Source: Eledone cirrhosa (lineage: Eukaryota). From it: a DNA stretch of 64,000 nucleotides. The stretch is from NCBI GenBank assembly GCA_964016885.1, contig OZ024742.1:283464001-283528000 (forward strand), in the 5' to 3' direction. The notes beneath the pieces were generated by a model. The model saw nothing but the letters and a program-made list of their open reading frames with translations, was not told the DNA's origin and did not search any database. This document shows, piece after piece, positions 58,921 to 64,000 of this stretch. Both the position numbers and the translations under genes were made by a program. Numbering within the stretch: the stretch's first letter is position 1; the number at the start of each line of letters is the position of its first letter.

Positions 58921-61900
58921 GTTAAAGATGTACATCCATATATGTATACTGAAATACTAGTATGTATATGAATACACACACGTATACATATGTAGATGTA
59001 CCAAGTTTTTTTTTTCACTGGTCACTTTACTGTGAGTGGCCAGCTATTCCGTATGTAAACACACAGACAAACCGGTTTTTATAGTCATACTGGTTTTTGA
59101 GGAAACACCTTTCCTCTATTCTCCAGAAAGCCAGACAAGGAATATTGAACTAGTTTCGTTGTTGTTACAACTCATCAGCAATATTTACCTATCTTCCGGC
59201 CTCTCTAGAGAATCGTAAAAGCACATATCGTTATATGCTTTTTCTATGAAAATTAGTAGTGGGCAGACTAATTTGCATAGAGTGTGAGTAAGTACCGGTT
59301 CAACGGAGACGATCAAAACAAATAACGAAACGAAATTAAATTTCGTTTCGTTTGTAACTCACTTTTGTATGACTGACGCTTAAACAATTAAGTTAAAGAT
59401 GTACATCCATATATGTATACTGAAATACTAGTATGTATATGAATACACACACGTATACATATGTAGATGTACCAAGTTTTTTTTCACTGGTCACTTTACT
59501 GTGAGTGGCCAGCTATTCCGTATGTAAACACACAGACAAACCGGTTTTTATAGTCATACTGGTTTTTGAGGAAACACCTTTCCTCTATTCTCCAGAAAGC
59601 CAGACAAGGAATATTGAACTAGTTTCGTTGTTGTTACAACTCATCAGCAATATTTACCTATCTTCCGGCCTCTCTAGAGAATCGTAAAAGCACATATCGT
59701 TATATGCTTTTTCTATGAAAATTAGTAGTGGGCAGACTAATTTGCATAGAGTGTGAGTAAGTACCGGTTCAACGGAGACGATCAAAACAAATAACGAAAC
59801 GAAATTAAATTTCGTTTCGTTTGTAACTCACTTTTGTATGACTGACGCTTAAACAATTAAGTTAAAGATGTACATCCATATATGTATACTGAAATACTAG
59901 TATGTATATGAATACACACACGTATACATATGTAGATGTACCAAGTTTTTTTTTCACTGGTCACTTTACTGTGAGTGGCCAGCTATTCCGTATGTAAACA
60001 CACAGACAAACCGGTTTTTATAGTCATACTGGTTTTTGAGGAAACACCTTTCCTCTATTCTCCAGAAAGCCAGACAAGGAATATTGAACTAGTTTCGTTG
60101 TTGTTACAACTCATCAGCAATATTTACCTATCTTCCGGCCTCTCTAGAGAATCGTAAAAGCACATATCGTTATATGCTTTTTCTATGAAAATTAGTAGTG
60201 GGCAGACTAATTTGCATAGAGTGTGAGTAAGTACCGGTTCAACGGAGACGATCAAAACAAATAACGAAACGAAATTAAATTTCGTTTCGTTTGTAACTCA
60301 CTTTTGTATGACTGACGCTTAAACAATTAAGTTAAAGATGTACATCCATATATGTATACTGAAATACTAGTATGTATATGAATACACACACGTATACATA
60401 TGTAGATGTACCAAGTTTTTTTTCACTGGTCACTTTACTGTGAGTGGCCAGCTATTCCGTATGTAAACACACAGACAAACCGGTTTTTATAGTCATACTG
60501 GTTTTTGAGGAAACACCTTTCCTCTATTCTCCAGAAAGCCAGACAAGGAATATTGAACTAGTTTCGTTGTTGTTACAACTCATCAGCAATATTTACCTAT
60601 CTTCCGGCCTCTCTAGAGAATCGTAAAAGCACATATCGTTATATGCTTTTTCTATGAAAATTAGTAGTGGGCAGACTAATTTGCATAGAGTGTGAGTAAG
60701 TACCGGTTCAATGGAGACGATCAAAACAAATAACGAAACGAAATTAAATTTCGTTTCGTTTGTAACTCACTTTTGTATGACTGACGCTTAAACAATTAAG
60801 TTAAAGATGTACATCCATATATGTATACTGAAATACTAGTATGTATATGAATACACACACGTATACATATGTAGATGTACCAAGTTTTTTTTCACTGGTC
60901 ACTTTACTGTGAGTGGCCAGCTATTCCGTATGTAAACACACAGACAAACCGGTTTTTATAGTCATACTGGTTTTTGAGGAAACACCTTTCCTCTATTCTC
61001 CAGAAAGCCAGACAAGGAATATTGAACTAGTTTCGTTGTTGTTACAACTCATCAGCAATATTTACCTATCTTCCGGCCTCTCTAGAGAATCGTAAAAGCA
61101 CATATCGTTATATGCTTTTTCTATGAAAATTAGTAGTGGGCAGACTAATTTGCATAGAGTGTGAGTAAGTACCGGTTCAACGGAGACGATCAAAACAAAT
61201 AACGAAACGAAATTAAATTTCGTTTCGTTTGTAACTCACTTTTGTATGACTGACGCTTAAACAATTAAGTTAAAGATGTACATCCATATATGTATACTGA
61301 AATACTAGTATGTATATGAATACACACACGTATACATATGTAGATGTACCAAGTTTTTTTTCACTGGTCACTTTACTGTGAGTGGCCAGCTATTCCGTAT
61401 GTAAACACACAGACAAACCGGTTTTTATAGTCATACTGGTTTTTGAGGAAACACCTTTCCTCTATTCTCCAGAAAGCCAGACAAGGAATATTGAACTAGT
61501 TTCGTTGTTGTTACAACTCATCAGCAATATTTACCTATCTTCCGGCCTCTCTAGAGAATCGTAAAAGCACATATCGTTATATGCTTTTTCTATGAAAATT
61601 AGTAGTGGGCAGACTAATTTGCATAGAGTGTGAGTAAGTACCGGTTCAACGGAGACGATCAAAACAAATAACGAAACGAAATTAAATTTCGTTTCGTTTG
61701 TAACTCACTTTTGTATGACTGACGCTTAAACAATTAAGTTAAAGATGTACATCCATATATGTATACTGAAATACTAGTATGTATATGAATACACACACGT
61801 ATACATATGTAGATGTACCAAGTTTTTTTTCACTGGTCACTTTACTGTGAGTGGCCAGCTATTCCGTATGTAAACACACAGACAAACCGGTTTTTATAGT

Positions 61901-62972
61901 CATACTGGTTTTTGAGGAAACACCTTTCCTCTATTCTCCAGAAAGCCAGACAAGGAATATTGAACTAGTTTCGTTGTTGTTACAACTCATCAGCAATATT
62001 TACCTATCTTCCGGCCTCTCTAGAGAATCGTAAAAGCACATATCGTTATATGCTTTTTCTATGAAAATTAGTAGTGGGCAGACTAATTTGCATAGAGTGT
62101 GAGTAAGTACCGGTTCAACGGAGACGATCAAAACAAATAACGAAACGAAATTAAATTTCGTTTCGTTTGTAACTCACTTTTGTATGACTGACGCTTAAAC
62201 AATTAAGTTAAAGATGTACATCCATATATGTATACTGAAATACTAGTATGTATATGAATACACACACGTATACATATGTAGATGTACCAAGTTTTTTTTC
62301 ACTGGTCACTTTACTGTGAGTGGCCAGCTATTCCGTATGTAAACACACAGACAAACCGGTTTTTATAGTCATACTGGTTTTTGAGGAAACACCTTTCCTC
62401 TATTCTCCAGAAAGCCAGACAAGGAATATTGAACTAGTTTCGTTGTTGTTACAACTCATCAGCAATATTTACCTATCTTCCGGCCTCTCTAGAGAATCGT
62501 AAAAGCACATATCGTTATATGCTTTTTCTATGAAAATTAGTAGTGGGCAGACTAATTTGCATAGAGTGTGAGTAAGTACCGGTTCAACGGAGACGATCAA
62601 AACAAATAACGAAACGAAATTAAATTTCGTTTCGTTTGTAACTCACTTTTGTATGACTGACGCTTAAACAATTAAGTTAAAGATGTACATCCATATATGT
62701 ATACTGAAATACTAGTATGTATATGAATACACACACGTATACATATCTAGATGTACCAAGTTTTTTTTTCACTGGTCACTTTACTGTGAGTGGCCAGCTA
62801 TTCCGTATGTAAACACACAGACAAACCGGTTTTTATAGTCATACTGGTTTTTGAGGAAACACCTTTCCTCTATTCTTCAGAAAGCCAGACAAGGAATATT
62901 GAACTAGTTTCGTTGTTGTTACAACTCATCAGCAATATTTACCTATCTTCCGGCCTCTCTAGAGAATCGTAA
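58916..62972 (-). repeat. Tandem array of a 469/470-bp unit (about 8.6 copies, 9 HHRs): retrozyme-like family B, left arm
   Basis: Near-identical units; length varies by 1 nt in a poly-T run. Confidence 0.95.
59141..59185 (-). ncRNA. Type I hammerhead ribozyme, family B (repeats every 469-470 bp)
   Basis: AAUAUUG CUGAUGA GUUGU AACA ACAAC GAAA C UA GU U CAAUAUU. Confidence 0.92.
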
Positions 62973-64000
62973 TGTGCTTTTACGATTCTCTAGAGAGGCC
63001 GGAAGATAGGTAAATATTGCTGATGAGTTGTAACAACAACGAAACTAGTTCAATATTCCTTGTCTGGCTTTCTGGAGAATAGAGGAAAGGTGTTTCCTCA
63101 AAAACCAGTATGACTATAAAAACCGGTTTGTCTGTGTGTTTACATACGGAATAGCTGGCCACTCACAGTAAAGTGACCAGTGAAAAAAAAACTTGGTACA
63201 TCTACATATGTATACGTGTGTGTATTCATATACATACTAGTATTTCAGTATACATATATGGATGTACATCTTTAACTTAATTGTTTAAGCGTCAGTCATA
63301 CAAAAGTGAGTTACAAACGAAACGAAATTTAATTTCGTTTCGTTATTTGTTTTGATCGTCTCCGTTGAACCGGTACTTACTCACACTCTATGCAAATTAG
63401 TCTGCCCACTACTAATTTTCATAGAAAAAGCATATAACGATATGTGCTTTTACGATTCTCTAGAGAGGCCGGAAGATAGGTAAATATTGCTGATGAGTTG
63501 TAACAACAACGAAACTAGTTCAATATTCCTTGTCTGGCTTTCTGGAGAATAGAGGAAAGGTGTTTCCTCAAAAACCAGTATGACTATAAAAACCGGTTTG
63601 TCTGTGTGTTTACATACGGAATAGCTGGCCACTCACAGTAAAGTGACCAGTGAAAAAAAACTTGGTACATCTACATATGTATACGTGTGTGTATTCATAT
63701 ACATACTAGTATTTCAGTATACATATATGGATGTACATCTTTAACTTAATTGTTTAAGCGTCAGTCATACAAAAGTGAGTTACAAACGAAACGAAATTTA
63801 ATTTCGTTTCGTTATTTGTTTTGATCGTCTCCGTTGAACCGGTACTTACTCACACTCTATGCAAATTAGTCTGCCCACTACTAATTTTCATAGAAAAAGC
63901 ATATAACGATATGTGCTTTTACGATTCTCTAGAGAGGCCGGAAGATAGGTAAATATTGCTGATGAGTTGTAACAACAACGAAACTAGTTCAATATTCCTT
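62973..64000 (+). repeat. Family B array, inverted right arm (HHRs at 63013-63057, about 63483-63527, about 63952-63996); runs off window
   Basis: Reverse complement of the left-arm unit after the junction gaatcgtaa|tgtgcttttacgattc. Confidence 0.95.

Overview
AT-rich, microsatellite-laden animal genomic DNA whose SINE content resembles coleoid cephalopod (octopus-like) DNA; the species is my inference. The window holds the middle and 3' part of one + strand gene for a TRPN/NompC mechanosensitive channel. I reconstruct 17 GT-AG exons: about 16 ankyrin repeats, linker, S1-S6, TRP box and the start of the C-terminus. Both ends of the gene lie outside the window. The introns contain Penelope-like elements (PLEs; RT and GIY-YIG fragments), RTE-type LINEs, tRNA-derived SINEs, MITEs and a Helitron end. 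The main observation is about 38 type I hammerhead ribozyme (HHR) motifs, folded by eye, in about 9 families. Two related tandem arrays (474-bp and 469-bp units) and a 540-bp partial tandem look like large retrozymes. They show covarying ribozyme stems, a conserved octamer-containing hairpin, (TA)n insertion sites and the same 5'-inversion plus 3'-tail layout as the neighbouring PLEs. There are also ribozyme variants (a U3-A8 core; a 115-nt stem II) and a tandem duplication that may create a new in-frame exon. Most ORFs in the supplied track are microsatellite artefacts. No database search or folding program was run.
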